Origin: Saccharofermentans sp.
Lineage (GTDB): Bacteria > Bacillota > Clostridia > Saccharofermentanales > Saccharofermentanaceae
Assembly (NCBI GenBank): GCA_024685135.1
Contig: JAIKWA010000090.1
Span: 29,267 to 93,266, forward strand
Direction of reading: 5' to 3'
DNA length: 64,000 nucleotides
Translations under genes and position numbers: made by a program
In this document: in pieces, positions 18,214 through 28,301 of the stretch
How positions within the stretch are numbered: the stretch's first letter is position 1
Layout of the letters: the number at the start of each line of letters is the position of its first letter
Notes under the pieces: model-generated
Seen by the model: only the letters and a program-made list of their open reading frames with translations
Told to the model about the DNA's origin: nothing
Databases searched by the model: none

Positions 18214-19029
18214 TCAGAGCGCTTCGGGGTAAGGCTTTCTTCCTTTGAAGTAATAAGTCTCCTTTATCCCGAAGGATCTGAGATACTCTATCGCTTCACC
18301 GTAGCAGACACCGAGACATGAGCTCTGGTGCGAATCGGAACCGAGTGTGATCAGCTTGCCGCCCATATCGAGATATCTTCTTATTATCTCAGGGTCGGGC
18401 ATAGTCCTGGTAAATCCCAATTCCTTATGCTTCTGGATCGATTTGGTATTGATCTCCAAAGCTTTTTCCTTGGATATTATTGCCTCGAAGAATCTGTCGA
18501 ATTCTTCGGGGCAATCTTTATAAAGTACGAAGTTCTCGCGGTTAGGTGTGTATCTGTTTATGTAATCGTAATGAGCAGCTACATCGAAGTTATCGCAATT
18601 CTCGCACATCTCGGCCATTACACCGATATATTCCTTGTGAAGCTCGGTCTTGGGAAGCTCGTAGCAATCCCTGAATTCGTAGAAATCCTTGCCTCTGAAC
18701 AAGTGATTGCTCAGAAGGACGACGTCGAAGGGAATAAGGGATGCGGTCTTATCAATATCCTTTGCAACATGTGTCTGGTAGCCGAATTCAACGCCCATTA
18801 AGAGCTCTAACTCAGGTCCTGCCATAGTCTTCCATGTCTTAAAGGTCCTATTGTATTCATTAAGATCGAACATCCAGTCGAGACCGTCCTCGGGGAAGTC
18901 GATCTCATAGTGCTCGGTTATTGAAACCCTGTTAAAACCCTTATTCTTAGCAGAAGCGATAAGCTCTTCTATCGATTGATCTGCGTCAGGGGAGAAATGC
19001 TTTGTGTGGTTGTGTCCGTCAGTTATCAT
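18214..19029 (-). CDS. PHP-domain histidinol-phosphatase family protein (HisJ/HisK-like)
   Basis: 271 aa. N-terminal 'MITDGHNHTKHFSPDA' (DxHxH PHP motif), 'ITEH', and C-terminal 'LGSDSH'. Confidence 0.7.
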   Translation of the reverse strand: MITDGHNHTKHFSPDADQSIEELIASAKNKGFNRVSITEHYEIDFPEDGLDWMFDLNEYNRTFKTWKTMAGPELELLMGVEFGYQTHVAKDIDKTASLIPFDVVLLSNHLFRGKDFYEFRDCYELPKTELHKEYIGVMAEMCENCDNFDVAAHYDYINRYTPNRENFVLYKDCPEEFDRFFEAIISKEKALEINTKSIQKHKELGFTRTMPDPEIIRRYLDMGGKLITLGSDSHQSSCLGVCYGEAIEYLRSFGIKETYYFKGRKPYPEAL

Positions 19030-19111
19030 AAAGGCCTCTTATCTATATGTATGAACAATTTATCTGAAATAATGTTATCATAAATCGAATAAATAATTTG
19101 AGGTGATTTCT

Positions 19112-20536
19112 ATGGCAAATAAGAAAGAGAACAAGACTGCAGAGCTTTTTGCGGACTATCCGAACCTGTACAAGACAGCTTCATCAGACGACCTTAAGGC
19201 AGCCTTTGCTTTTGCAGAAGAGTATAAGGCTTTCCTCGACGCTTCCAAGACTGAGAGGGAGTTTGCTTCAAATGCAGTAAGCTCAGCTAAGGAATTGGGC
19301 TACAAGGACATAGCAGATGTTACAAAGCTCAAGGCGGGCGATAAGGTCTATACATCCGTTAAGGGCAAGGGTTTTGCAGCTGCAGTTATAGGTAAGCGTC
19401 CGGTAGCAGAAGGCTTCAATATCTTAGGAGCTCATATCGATTCTCCGAGACTTGATCTTAAGCCCAATCCCATCTACGAGGACAGGGAGACAGTCTACTT
19501 CAAGACTCACTACTACGGCGGCATCAAGAAGTACCAGTGGACAACGATCCCTCTTGCTATCCACGGAGTGGTTTTCACAAAGGACGGCAAGATGCATGAG
19601 ATCTGCATCGGCGAGAAGGAATCTGATCCCGTATTCTACATAACGGATCTTCTCCCGCACCTCGGTGGTGACCAGATGAGCAAGAAGGCATCTGATTTTG
19701 TACCCGCGGAAGATCTCAATGTAGTCATCGGCGGAATCCCCGTTAAGGACAAGGATACAAAGGAGCCTTACAAGGCAGCTGTCTTAAAGCTTCTTCACAA
19801 GGAATATAAGATCACGGAGAAGGACTTCGTATCCGCAGAGATCGAGATCGTTCCTGCTACAAAGGCAAGAGACTTAGGCTTTGACAGAGCTTATATCGCA
19901 GCATACGGTCACGACGACAAGGTATGCGCTTTCCCCGCATTAAGAGCTCTCCTCGCACAGGCTAAGCCCGAGAGGACATGCGTTACTTTTCTTACGGATA
20001 AGGAAGAGATCGGCTCTTATGCTAATTCCGGCGCTCAGTCCGTTCTTTACGAGAACTTCCTCATGGAGATCCTTGCAAAGAGCATGGGCGGCGAGGACAA
20101 GTTCAATATGCTCACATTCAGGAAGGCATTAGCAGGCACAAAGATGCTCTCAACTGATGTAACAACCGCATTCGATCCCAAGTACGGCAATGTCTTCGAG
20201 GAGAGAAATACGGCCTTCATGTCTCACGGCATCAAGCTTGAGAAGTACACGGGCGCAAGAGGTAAGTCAGGAAGCTCAGAAGCAACCGGTGACTTTATCG
20301 CTCAGATCACGGATATCTTCTCCCAGAATTCCATCCCGTGGCAGACAGGTGAGCTCGGTAAGATCGACGCAGGCGGCGGCGGAACCATCTCATGCTTCAT
20401 GGCTAAGTACGGCATGGATGTAATCGACTGCGGCATTCCCGTATGGTCTATGCACGCTCCCATAGAGGTCATCTCCAAGATCGATCTTTACTATCTCTAT
20501 ATCGCATACAAGGCATTTATCGAGAACATCAAGTAA
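19112..20536 (+). CDS. M18-family aminopeptidase
   Basis: ATG 19112 after RBS GAGGTG. 'GAHIDSPRLDLKPNP', 'GHDDKVC' and 'SMHAP' metal and active-site motifs of M18 aminopeptidases. Confidence 0.8.
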   Translation: MANKKENKTAELFADYPNLYKTASSDDLKAAFAFAEEYKAFLDASKTEREFASNAVSSAKELGYKDIADVTKLKAGDKVYTSVKGKGFAAAVIGKRPVAEGFNILGAHIDSPRLDLKPNPIYEDRETVYFKTHYYGGIKKYQWTTIPLAIHGVVFTKDGKMHEICIGEKESDPVFYITDLLPHLGGDQMSKKASDFVPAEDLNVVIGGIPVKDKDTKEPYKAAVLKLLHKEYKITEKDFVSAEIEIVPATKARDLGFDRAYIAAYGHDDKVCAFPALRALLAQAKPERTCVTFLTDKEEIGSYANSGAQSVLYENFLMEILAKSMGGEDKFNMLTFRKALAGTKMLSTDVTTAFDPKYGNVFEERNTAFMSHGIKLEKYTGARGKSGSSEATGDFIAQITDIFSQNSIPWQTGELGKIDAGGGGTISCFMAKYGMDVIDCGIPVWSMHAPIEVISKIDLYYLYIAYKAFIENIK

Positions 20537-20545
20537 GGGGTATTT

Positions 20546-21808
20546 ATGTCTGTAAGATTTTACAATGCTTTGATCCTCACCATGGAAACGGATTCCGTAA
20601 TCGGCGGTGAGATCTGGACAGATAACGACAAGATAAGTTATGTAGGTCCTGCTAAGGACACTCAAGGCATCAGCTTCGACCGTGAGATTGATTGCAAAGG
20701 TAATCTGCTCATGCCCGGTCTTAAGGATGCACATACACATACCGCAATGGTCTTTGCAAGATCTCTTGCTGACGATCTTACCTTGGACGACTGGCTCCAC
20801 AAGGCTATCTTTCCGAGGGAAGCAAAGCTCGGTGATGAGCATATCTATACCTTCAGCAAGCTCGGCTTTGCTGAATATCTTAAGGGCGGTATCACATCCT
20901 GCTTCGATATGTACTTCAATCCCGTATTTGCAAGTAAGGCTGCTATCGAGACAGGCTTCAGATATGTGTTCTGCGGCTCTGTAAATGATTTCGGCGGTAT
21001 AGACAGACTCGAAGATGAATATATCAGATACAACAGCATAGATCCGCTCATATCCTATAAGCTCGGATTCCATGCTGAATACACGACATCCAAGGAGATA
21101 ATGCAGACTATATCTGAGATCTCCCATAAGCACGAGGCACCTGTATTTGCTCATATATCGGAGACCAAGGCAGAGGTTGAAGGCTGCATTGCAAGATACG
21201 GCATGACACCTCCGAAGCTTTTCGATTCACTGGGTCTTTATGATTTCGGCGGCGGCGGATTCCACTGCGTATGGTTTGATGATGAGGATATGGAGATCTA
21301 CAAGAACAGAGGCCTTTATGCTGTATTCAATGCATGCTCTAACTTGAAGCTCGCATCCGGTATCGCGCCCGTATCAAGATTCGAGAATATGGGAATACCC
21401 ACGGCTATCGGCACTGACGGTGCAGGCTCTAATAACGCTCTTGATATGTTTAGAGAGATGTATCTGGATAATGTAATGAGTAATATCGCAGATAACAAGG
21501 CTTGCTCGATCCCTCCGTTTAAGACTCTCAAGGCGGCAACCTCTACCGGCGCTCTTTGTATGGGACTTGACGATTGCGATACCTTGAAGGAAGGCAAGCA
21601 GGCTGACATTATCATGATCGATATGAATTCTCCCTGCATGCAGCCCGTCAATAACATCCCTGCAAATCTCGTATATTCGGGTAATCCCGGTATCGTCTGC
21701 ATGACCATGATCGCAGGCAGGATATTATATGAGGACGGCAATTTTACCACGATCGATATCGATGAGGTCATAAAAGACTCGAACAGACTCCTTAAGGAAA
21801 TCCTCTGA
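20546..21808 (+). CDS. mtaD: Amidohydrolase, 5-methylthioadenosine/S-adenosylhomocysteine deaminase-like
   Basis: 420 aa. 'LMPGLKDAHTHTAM', 'ADDLTLDDWL' and 'IGTDGAGSNN' are typical of MtaD/guanine-deaminase-type amidohydrolases. Confidence 0.7.
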   Translation: MSVRFYNALILTMETDSVIGGEIWTDNDKISYVGPAKDTQGISFDREIDCKGNLLMPGLKDAHTHTAMVFARSLADDLTLDDWLHKAIFPREAKLGDEHIYTFSKLGFAEYLKGGITSCFDMYFNPVFASKAAIETGFRYVFCGSVNDFGGIDRLEDEYIRYNSIDPLISYKLGFHAEYTTSKEIMQTISEISHKHEAPVFAHISETKAEVEGCIARYGMTPPKLFDSLGLYDFGGGGFHCVWFDDEDMEIYKNRGLYAVFNACSNLKLASGIAPVSRFENMGIPTAIGTDGAGSNNALDMFREMYLDNVMSNIADNKACSIPPFKTLKAATSTGALCMGLDDCDTLKEGKQADIIMIDMNSPCMQPVNNIPANLVYSGNPGIVCMTMIAGRILYEDGNFTTIDIDEVIKDSNRLLKEIL

Positions 21809-21810
21809 TA

Positions 21811-23535
21811 ATGCGAAGCCTTTATAAGCACTTCAAAAAGCACAAGGCTTCGTGTCTTCTAAGCCCTCTGTTTAAGCTACTCGAAGCGTGCTTTGAGCTT
21901 ATCGTGCCTCTTATTGTTGCAGGCATAATCGATAAGGGCATCATGACCGGTGATACGGCTTACATTAAGTCTAATGTAGTACTGCTCGGTGTATTTGCGG
22001 TAGTTGGTTTTGTAAGCGCGATAAGTGCTCAGTATTTTGCGGCTTACGCAGCAAGCGGGATCTCTTCTGCTTTGAGAAGAGAGCTCTTTGTTAAGCTTCA
22101 GTCCCTGGATATCGCAAGCTTTGAGAAGGCAGGTAAGTCAAATTTAGTAACCGCGCTCACCTCCGATGTAAATCAGATCTCATCCGGAATCAACTTGTTC
22201 CTGAGATTGCTCCTCAGATCTCCTTTTATCGTTGCGGGCGCATGCATAATGGCCTTTACGATAGATATCAAGATAGCTCTGGTATTCGTCATTACGGTAG
22301 CGCTCCTGTCCTGCTTTATCGCATTCAACTTAAAGAGTGCGATCCCGGCATATAAGAAGACCAGAAGAAGCTTAGACGATCTTATCCGAAGGACTGATAA
22401 CAGCATATCTGGCGTAAGGGTCATAAGAGGCTATAACAGGACCGGGCGTGACACAGAAGCCTTTGAAGCGGCGAACCTCAACCTCAAGAAGTTCCAGCAG
22501 CATGCGGCAAACATCTCTTCCTGGCTTAATCCCGTAACCATAATGCTCGTAAACCTCGGCATATGCGCCCTCATCTATATGGGCGATGTTCATGTTAATG
22601 CAGGTACGCTTACGACAGGTGAAGTAGTAGCTTTATATAACTACATGTCCCAGATCTTAGTAGAGCTCGTTAAGCTCGCAAATCTTATCATCTCCGTATC
22701 GAGAGCCATAGCTTGCGTATCCAGATGTGAGGATATCTTAAAGATAGAGAACAAGCAGGATAAGGGCACAACTGTCTTGCCTTCGCCTAAGCAGGCACAC
22801 GGCATAGAGTTCCGCGATGTATCCTTTACCTATGAAGGAAATTCCGAACCCTCGATCGAGAATATGAGCTTTGTTATAAAGCCCGGTGAGAGGATAGGGA
22901 TAATCGGCAGGACCGGCTGCGGCAAATCGACTGCTGCTGCGCTTATGTCAGGCATGTACGATTGCGCCGAAGGTGACATCTTTATCGACGGCGTAAACAT
23001 CAAGGATATATCGGTATCTTCGATGGCCGATTCCGTAGGCATGGCGCTTCAGAAGACCAGGATGTTTACATGCTCAATAAGAGACAACATCACAATGGGC
23101 AGGCAGGATCTGACAGACAACATGATAAAGTCTGCTACCGGTCTTTCTTGCGCAGACGATGTCATATCTTCCAAGAAGGACGGCTTCGACTATGTCGTAT
23201 CTTCTCTCGGCACGGGCCTGTCAGGCGGTCAGAAGCAAAGGATAGGTATAGCAAGAGCTCTTGCATCAGACCCGGGACTTCTTATTTTCGACGATTCGAC
23301 CTCGGCTCTCGATGCCGCGACAGAGAAGAGGTTTATCGCAAACCTCGATAAACTCACGAATAAACCTACGGTAGTATTCATATCCCAGAAGGTCAGTACG
23401 GTAAGAGACTGTGACAGGATCTTCCTCATAGAAGACGGTAAGCTAACTTATGCGGCTCCTCACGAAGAGCTTCTCAAGATCTCAGATACTTATAGATATT
23501 TCTGTTCTCTTCAGACAGTAGAGGAGGGCGCATGA
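21811..23535 (+). CDS. ABC exporter, fused permease/ATPase subunit (degenerate-site half)
   Basis: 574 aa. Six-TM N-terminal domain, Walker A 'GRTGCGKST', signature 'LSGGQKQR'. Walker B is 'LLIFDDSTSALD', with the catalytic Glu replaced by Asp. Confidence 0.85.
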   Translation: MRSLYKHFKKHKASCLLSPLFKLLEACFELIVPLIVAGIIDKGIMTGDTAYIKSNVVLLGVFAVVGFVSAISAQYFAAYAASGISSALRRELFVKLQSLDIASFEKAGKSNLVTALTSDVNQISSGINLFLRLLLRSPFIVAGACIMAFTIDIKIALVFVITVALLSCFIAFNLKSAIPAYKKTRRSLDDLIRRTDNSISGVRVIRGYNRTGRDTEAFEAANLNLKKFQQHAANISSWLNPVTIMLVNLGICALIYMGDVHVNAGTLTTGEVVALYNYMSQILVELVKLANLIISVSRAIACVSRCEDILKIENKQDKGTTVLPSPKQAHGIEFRDVSFTYEGNSEPSIENMSFVIKPGERIGIIGRTGCGKSTAAALMSGMYDCAEGDIFIDGVNIKDISVSSMADSVGMALQKTRMFTCSIRDNITMGRQDLTDNMIKSATGLSCADDVISSKKDGFDYVVSSLGTGLSGGQKQRIGIARALASDPGLLIFDDSTSALDAATEKRFIANLDKLTNKPTVVFISQKVSTVRDCDRIFLIEDGKLTYAAPHEELLKISDTYRYFCSLQTVEEGA

Positions 23536-25262
23536 ATATAGATCTTATTAAGAAGTTCCTCGGCTATTCAAAGGGCTCCAAGCTGTCCGTTGCCATGTCT
23601 TTTGTATCTGGCATCCTCTATTCGGTATGCGCGATGGCTATCCCGTACTTTGCCGGTAAAGCGATTGACAGCATCGGTGTTGAAGGCGGATATAGATTGC
23701 TTATCAATAACCTTCTCATTATTTTAGTGCTGATAATCTTATCCTCCTTGTTCCAGCTCTTTCTCATGAGAGTTAATAACAAGATATCTTACGAGCTCGT
23801 CATGCAGCTTCGCAACGATTGCTACAGGAAGATCGGCAGGCTCAAGGTGTCTTATCTCGATATGGCACCTCAGGGCAAGGTGCAGAGCATGATAATAAGC
23901 GATACCGAGACCATAGCTGACGGTTTCCTGTTGTTCCTCAATCAGTTTATTGCAGGCATAATATCGATCCTCGTAACCCTCGTCATCATGTTCTATATCA
24001 ACTGGAAGATAGCAGCGTTTGTCCTTGTATTTACTCCACTTTCCTTCATCGTGTCATACCTTATTGCCAAGGGCGCATTTAAGTCCTTCAGAAAGCAGAC
24101 CGAGCAAAGGTCCACGCAGACCGGCTTTATCTCTGAGATGGCTTCAAACCACCGTGAGTGCAGGCTCCTCGATGTAAACAAAGTAAAATTGGATGACTTT
24201 GACGGGATAAACGAGACATACAGGAAGATCGCAACCAAGGCTACATTCCTGTCTTCGATAAGCAATCCTTCAACCAGATTCGTAAATGCGCTTATCTATG
24301 CGGGAGTTGTTCTCTGGGGCGCATTCCTCGGAATAGGCGGGGTTATCACCATCGGTGCATTATCTTCGCTCCTTGCTTATGCAAACCGCTTCATGAAGCC
24401 CTTCAACGATCTGTCAGCGGTATATACCGAGCTGTCAGATTCTTTTGCCTGCCTTGCGCGTATCTTCGAATTCTTAGATGAAGACGAGATCCCCAAGGAA
24501 GACTTTGAATATACTGATACCATCGATAAGTGTTCTAAGGTGGATATCGAGTTTAAGGATGTATGTTTCTCATATGTACCGGGCAATCCCGTCCTCAAGA
24601 ACGTATCCTTCAAGATAGGAGCAGGTGAGTCTTATGCGATAGTAGGCCCCACGGGCTGTGGCAAGACTACGCTCATCAATCTCCTTATGAGGTACTACGA
24701 GCCTGATTCAGGCGATATCTTAGTCGGCGGTAAGTCCATAAAGGAGATCCCGAGGTCCAAGCTTCGTGAATATATAGGCTTCGTCACCCAGGATGCATGG
24801 CTTTATAACGGCAGCGTTATGGATAACATCAAGTTCTCCAATGAGGATATGAATGACGAGGATGCTATATCTGCTTCCAGGAGGAGCGGCAGTCATTCGT
24901 TCATAAGAAAGCTCCCGGGAGGTTATAACGAGAAGGTAGATAATGCAAGGGACGATATATCCGCAGGTCAAAAGCAGCTGCTTACGATCACGAGAGCAAT
25001 GGCTTCAGATCCTGCGATAATGGTATTAGATGAAGCTACCTCGTCAGTGGACGTCGTTACCGAATTTAAGATCCAGCAGGCCGTAAAGGAACTCTTAGAC
25101 GGCAGGACCGGAATAATTATCGCTCACAGACTTTCCACCATAACGGGTTGTGATAAGATAGTTGTGTTGATAAACGGCGAAGTCAAAGAACTCGGAAACC
25201 ATGAGACACTCGTAGGGCAGGGAGGTTTCTATTCAGAGCTTTATGCTTCGTATATTTCTTGA
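23532..25262 (+). CDS. ABC exporter, fused permease/ATPase subunit (consensus-site half)
   Basis: 576 aa. Walker A 'GPTGCGKTT', Walker B 'IMVLDEATSSVD', non-canonical signature 'ISAGQKQ'. ATGA overlap with the upstream subunit. Confidence 0.85.
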   Translation: MNIDLIKKFLGYSKGSKLSVAMSFVSGILYSVCAMAIPYFAGKAIDSIGVEGGYRLLINNLLIILVLIILSSLFQLFLMRVNNKISYELVMQLRNDCYRKIGRLKVSYLDMAPQGKVQSMIISDTETIADGFLLFLNQFIAGIISILVTLVIMFYINWKIAAFVLVFTPLSFIVSYLIAKGAFKSFRKQTEQRSTQTGFISEMASNHRECRLLDVNKVKLDDFDGINETYRKIATKATFLSSISNPSTRFVNALIYAGVVLWGAFLGIGGVITIGALSSLLAYANRFMKPFNDLSAVYTELSDSFACLARIFEFLDEDEIPKEDFEYTDTIDKCSKVDIEFKDVCFSYVPGNPVLKNVSFKIGAGESYAIVGPTGCGKTTLINLLMRYYEPDSGDILVGGKSIKEIPRSKLREYIGFVTQDAWLYNGSVMDNIKFSNEDMNDEDAISASRRSGSHSFIRKLPGGYNEKVDNARDDISAGQKQLLTITRAMASDPAIMVLDEATSSVDVVTEFKIQQAVKELLDGRTGIIIAHRLSTITGCDKIVVLINGEVKELGNHETLVGQGGFYSELYASYIS

Positions 25263-25315
25263 TCATATTACCATGGAGATGTGTTCAGAACACTTGTAAA
25301 TGAACTCAAGTGATT

Positions 25316-25343
25316 TGACAAGGCTTTGTTTGTCTGTTAAATT
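25316..25343 (+). promoter_or_regulatory. Candidate sigma-A promoter for the T-box/leuA transcript
   Basis: TTGACA (25316-25321), 16-nt spacer, TGtTAAATT (extended -10, hexamer at 25338-25343). Confidence 0.5.
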
Positions 25344-25363
25344 GATTTCAATTGAATAGCATA

Positions 25364-25628
25364 TGCGTTGAAGAGGAATAGTAATCCTTTGGGCGGACTT
25401 GCAGAGAACCGGGTTTGGTGCGAGCCGGGAGTCAGGCAAAAGAACGAACTCACCTCAGAGCATTCGGGTTGAACGTAATAGCAATTAGATCCGAACGTAG
25501 AGCTCCACGTTACAGGAGCAGGATATCGGCCCGTGGCCCGTATCCGTAAAGTGCACCGCAAGGTGAATTAGAGTGGTACCGCGAACACCCCTTCGTCTCT
25601 AAACAAGGCGAACGGGGTGTTTTTATTG
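25364..25628 (+). promoter_or_regulatory. T-box riboswitch leader, leucine-specific (specifier CUC)
   Basis: Stem I 'AGAGA' bulge and 'GGTGCGAG' distal-loop motifs. Specifier-loop 'GAACTCA' with CTC at 25449-25451 followed by A. T-box sequence 'AATTAGAGTGGTACCGCG' (25566-25583). Terminator AACACCCCTTCG...CGAACGGGGTGTTTTT (25584-25626). Confidence 0.85.
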
Positions 25629-25646
25629 GTATAAGGAGGGTTTGGC

Positions 25647-27338
25647 ATGAAGACTATGAATTACAAGCGTTACGAGGCTTTGCCCGTAGTTAAGCTCGAT
25701 GAGAGAACGTGGCCTTCAAACAAGATCACAAAGGCGCCTTTATGGTGTTCCGTCGATTTAAGAGACGGTAATCAGGCGCTCGAGGTTCCCATGGACTTAG
25801 ACCAGAAGGTCGAGTTCTTTAAGTTCCTGTGTGAGACCGGCTTCAAGGAGATCGAGATAGGCTTTCCGGCAGCATCCGAGACGGACTATAACTTCTGCAG
25901 ATATTTGATCGATAACGACCTCATACCGGGGGATGTAGCTATCCAGGTGCTCACTCAATCAAGACCTCACATTATCGAGAAGACTATGGAGGCCGTAAAA
26001 GGAGCCTCTAATGTCATCATTCACTTGTATAATTCCACGAGCACGCTGCAAAGGGATGTGGTATTCGGCTTCGGCCAAAAAGATTGCATAGACCTTGCTG
26101 TATCAGGCGCGCAGATGATCCGTGAATTTATCTTAAAGGATACCGGCGACACAAACTTCGTCCTCGAATATTCTCCCGAATCTTTCTCATCCACTGAGCC
26201 TGAATTCGCAGTGGAGATCTGTGATAAGGTATTGGATGTATGGCAGCCTACGCCTGATAAGAAGATAATAATCAATCTGCCTGAGACGGTCGAATATCAG
26301 ACCGCCAATGTCTATGCTGACCAGGTTGAATACTTCTGCCGCAACACGAGATACAGGAATTCTATAATCGTCTCTTTGCATACTCATAACGACAGAGGAA
26401 CGGCAGTAGCTTCGTCAGAGTTCGGCCTCATGGCAGGCGCTGACAGAGTAGAGGGAACATTATTCGGCAACGGCGAGAGGACCGGTAATGTCGATATCGT
26501 TACACTCGCTATCAATATGCTCATGACAGGCGTCGATCCCAACCTCGATTTTACCGACATGAATAAGACCATTGATGTCTACGAGGAATGCACCGGCATG
26601 AAGGTCGGTCCCAGACAGCCCTGGTCAGGCAAGCTCGTATTTACGGCTTTCTCAGGCTCGCATCAGGATGCTATCAATAAGGGACGTAATGCAATGAAGG
26701 AGAAAAAATCGGATGTATGGGCAGTTCCTTATCTGCCGATAGATCCTTCGGATGTCGGAAGAGATTACGAGCCCATCATCAGGATCAATTCCCAGTCGGG
26801 CAGGGGCGGCATCGCTTATGTCATGGACACATACTTCGGCGTACAGCTCCCGAAGAGCTTCCAGCGTGATTTCCTGCCTTATGTTAAGGCTGCCGCAGAA
26901 GAGAACGGCTCAGAGGTCGAATTGCTGCCTAAGCAGGTATTCGATCTGTTTGACGACAAGTTCATCAATGTGCTCGAGCCTTACGGCCTCAAGAAGTTCT
27001 CGGAAACTCAGAACAGCGAGCAGGAATCTACGGTTACTGCCATCATTACGGATAACGGCAAGGATGTATCCATCACAGGCTCAGGTAACGGTCTTCTCGA
27101 TGCCTTTACAGATGCCTTCAAGAGATACACAGGCATTGACTTCATGATCGGCAACTACTCGGAGCACGCCATGAAGAGCGGTTCGGATTCAGCGGCTATC
27201 ACGTTCATCGAGATCGTCAATGCAAATGACAAGAAGACATATGTCGGCGCAGGCGTATCAAGCTCTGTAACCAAGTCCTCTGTTCGTGCAGTCATCTGTG
27301 CCTTCAACAGAATGCTCGCACAGATAGAAGCAAGATAA
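25647..27338 (+). CDS. leuA: 2-isopropylmalate synthase, long (~560 aa) form
   Basis: 'DLRDGNQA', 'LHTHNDRGTAVA' and 'ERTGN' HMGL-like motifs, plus a C-terminal LeuA dimerisation/regulatory domain. RBS AAGGAGGG is upstream. Confidence 0.9.
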   Translation: MKTMNYKRYEALPVVKLDERTWPSNKITKAPLWCSVDLRDGNQALEVPMDLDQKVEFFKFLCETGFKEIEIGFPAASETDYNFCRYLIDNDLIPGDVAIQVLTQSRPHIIEKTMEAVKGASNVIIHLYNSTSTLQRDVVFGFGQKDCIDLAVSGAQMIREFILKDTGDTNFVLEYSPESFSSTEPEFAVEICDKVLDVWQPTPDKKIIINLPETVEYQTANVYADQVEYFCRNTRYRNSIIVSLHTHNDRGTAVASSEFGLMAGADRVEGTLFGNGERTGNVDIVTLAINMLMTGVDPNLDFTDMNKTIDVYEECTGMKVGPRQPWSGKLVFTAFSGSHQDAINKGRNAMKEKKSDVWAVPYLPIDPSDVGRDYEPIIRINSQSGRGGIAYVMDTYFGVQLPKSFQRDFLPYVKAAAEENGSEVELLPKQVFDLFDDKFINVLEPYGLKKFSETQNSEQESTVTAIITDNGKDVSITGSGNGLLDAFTDAFKRYTGIDFMIGNYSEHAMKSGSDSAAITFIEIVNANDKKTYVGAGVSSSVTKSSVRAVICAFNRMLAQIEAR

Positions 27339-27390
27339 TATCAAGAACAGAACTAAGGAAACCGGATCTTAGAAATCAGTGCAAATATTT

Positions 27391-27414
27391 ACAGCGTGCC
27401 TTTAAGCACGCTGT
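27391..27414. terminator. Shared hairpin between convergent leuA and uppP
   Basis: ACAGCGTGC-CTTTAA-GCACGCTGT, a perfect 9-bp stem. Flanked by A/T-rich runs on both sides, with modest U-tracts in both orientations. Confidence 0.5.
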
Positions 27415-27419
27415 ATTTG

Positions 27420-28280
27420 TTACTTACCGATTATGCCGCAGGCACCGCAGATCAGGACTATTATTCCAAGTATGATCCTGTACCAGCCGAACACACTGAA
27501 GTCGTGTTTCTTGATGAAGGCCATAAGACCTTTGATTACCAGGATGCTCACTATAAAGGCGGTTACCATGCCTATAACGAGAAGTCCTATCTCGTGACCT
27601 GTAACATCACCTTCGAACTTAAGTATCTTAAGAAGGCTTGCACCGAACATAACGGGGATCGCCAGGTAGAAGGTGAACTTTGCAGCAGCTTCTCTCTTGA
27701 TGCCGATACCGACGGAACCTACTATGGTAGAACCTGATCTTGATGTACCGGGGAAGATAGCTGCAAGGAGCTGGAAAACACCGATGATGGCTGAATCAAA
27801 CCAGCTTATCTCATCAACTGTCTTTACTCTGAACTCTCTGTTTTTAGCAAATCTCTCAACAACGATAAATGCGATACCGAAGATGATGAGGGCGAGAGCA
27901 ACAACAACGTAGTTATAGAAGTGCTCGTCGAACCAGTCGTCGAAGAGGACACCGATTATCGCAGCAGGAATGCAGGCGATAAGGATCTTAAACCACATTA
28001 TGAACTTGTCTTTCTTGATATATCTGCCGAAGCCTTCCTTTGCAAGCGGATGCTTGTTGTATTTGGTGCCGAAGGGCCAGATGTCCCACCAGAATATAAG
28101 GACGACGGCAAGGATCGCACCAAGCTGGATGACTACAAGATAGAGGCTGTAGAATTCCTCAGATACATTGAGCTTACAGAATTCGTTCAAGAGGATCATG
28201 TGTCCTGTTGAAGAGACCGGAAGCCATTCTGTAATGCCCTCAACTACACCGAATAGGAAGGCAACTAAGTAATCTAACAT
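27420..28280 (-). CDS. uppP: Undecaprenyl-diphosphate phosphatase
   Basis: 286 aa. 'EWLPVSSTGHMIL' and 'PGTSRSGSTI' are UppP/BacA signature motifs. Confidence 0.9.
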   Translation of the reverse strand: MLDYLVAFLFGVVEGITEWLPVSSTGHMILLNEFCKLNVSEEFYSLYLVVIQLGAILAVVLIFWWDIWPFGTKYNKHPLAKEGFGRYIKKDKFIMWFKILIACIPAAIIGVLFDDWFDEHFYNYVVVALALIIFGIAFIVVERFAKNREFRVKTVDEISWFDSAIIGVFQLLAAIFPGTSRSGSTIVGSVGIGIKREAAAKFTFYLAIPVMFGASLLKILKFEGDVTGHEIGLLVIGMVTAFIVSILVIKGLMAFIKKHDFSVFGWYRIILGIIVLICGACGIIGK

Positions 28281-28301
28281 ATATAAACTCCTGATTGTTG
28301 A

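Noticed and set aside
20390-21154. 254-aa ORF antisense across the aminopeptidase/mtaD junction
   Set aside because: It overlaps two motif-supported + strand genes. It is a shadow ORF with no start context.
25337-25561. 74-aa minus-strand ORF upstream of leuA
   Set aside because: It lies inside the T-box leader and has no RBS.
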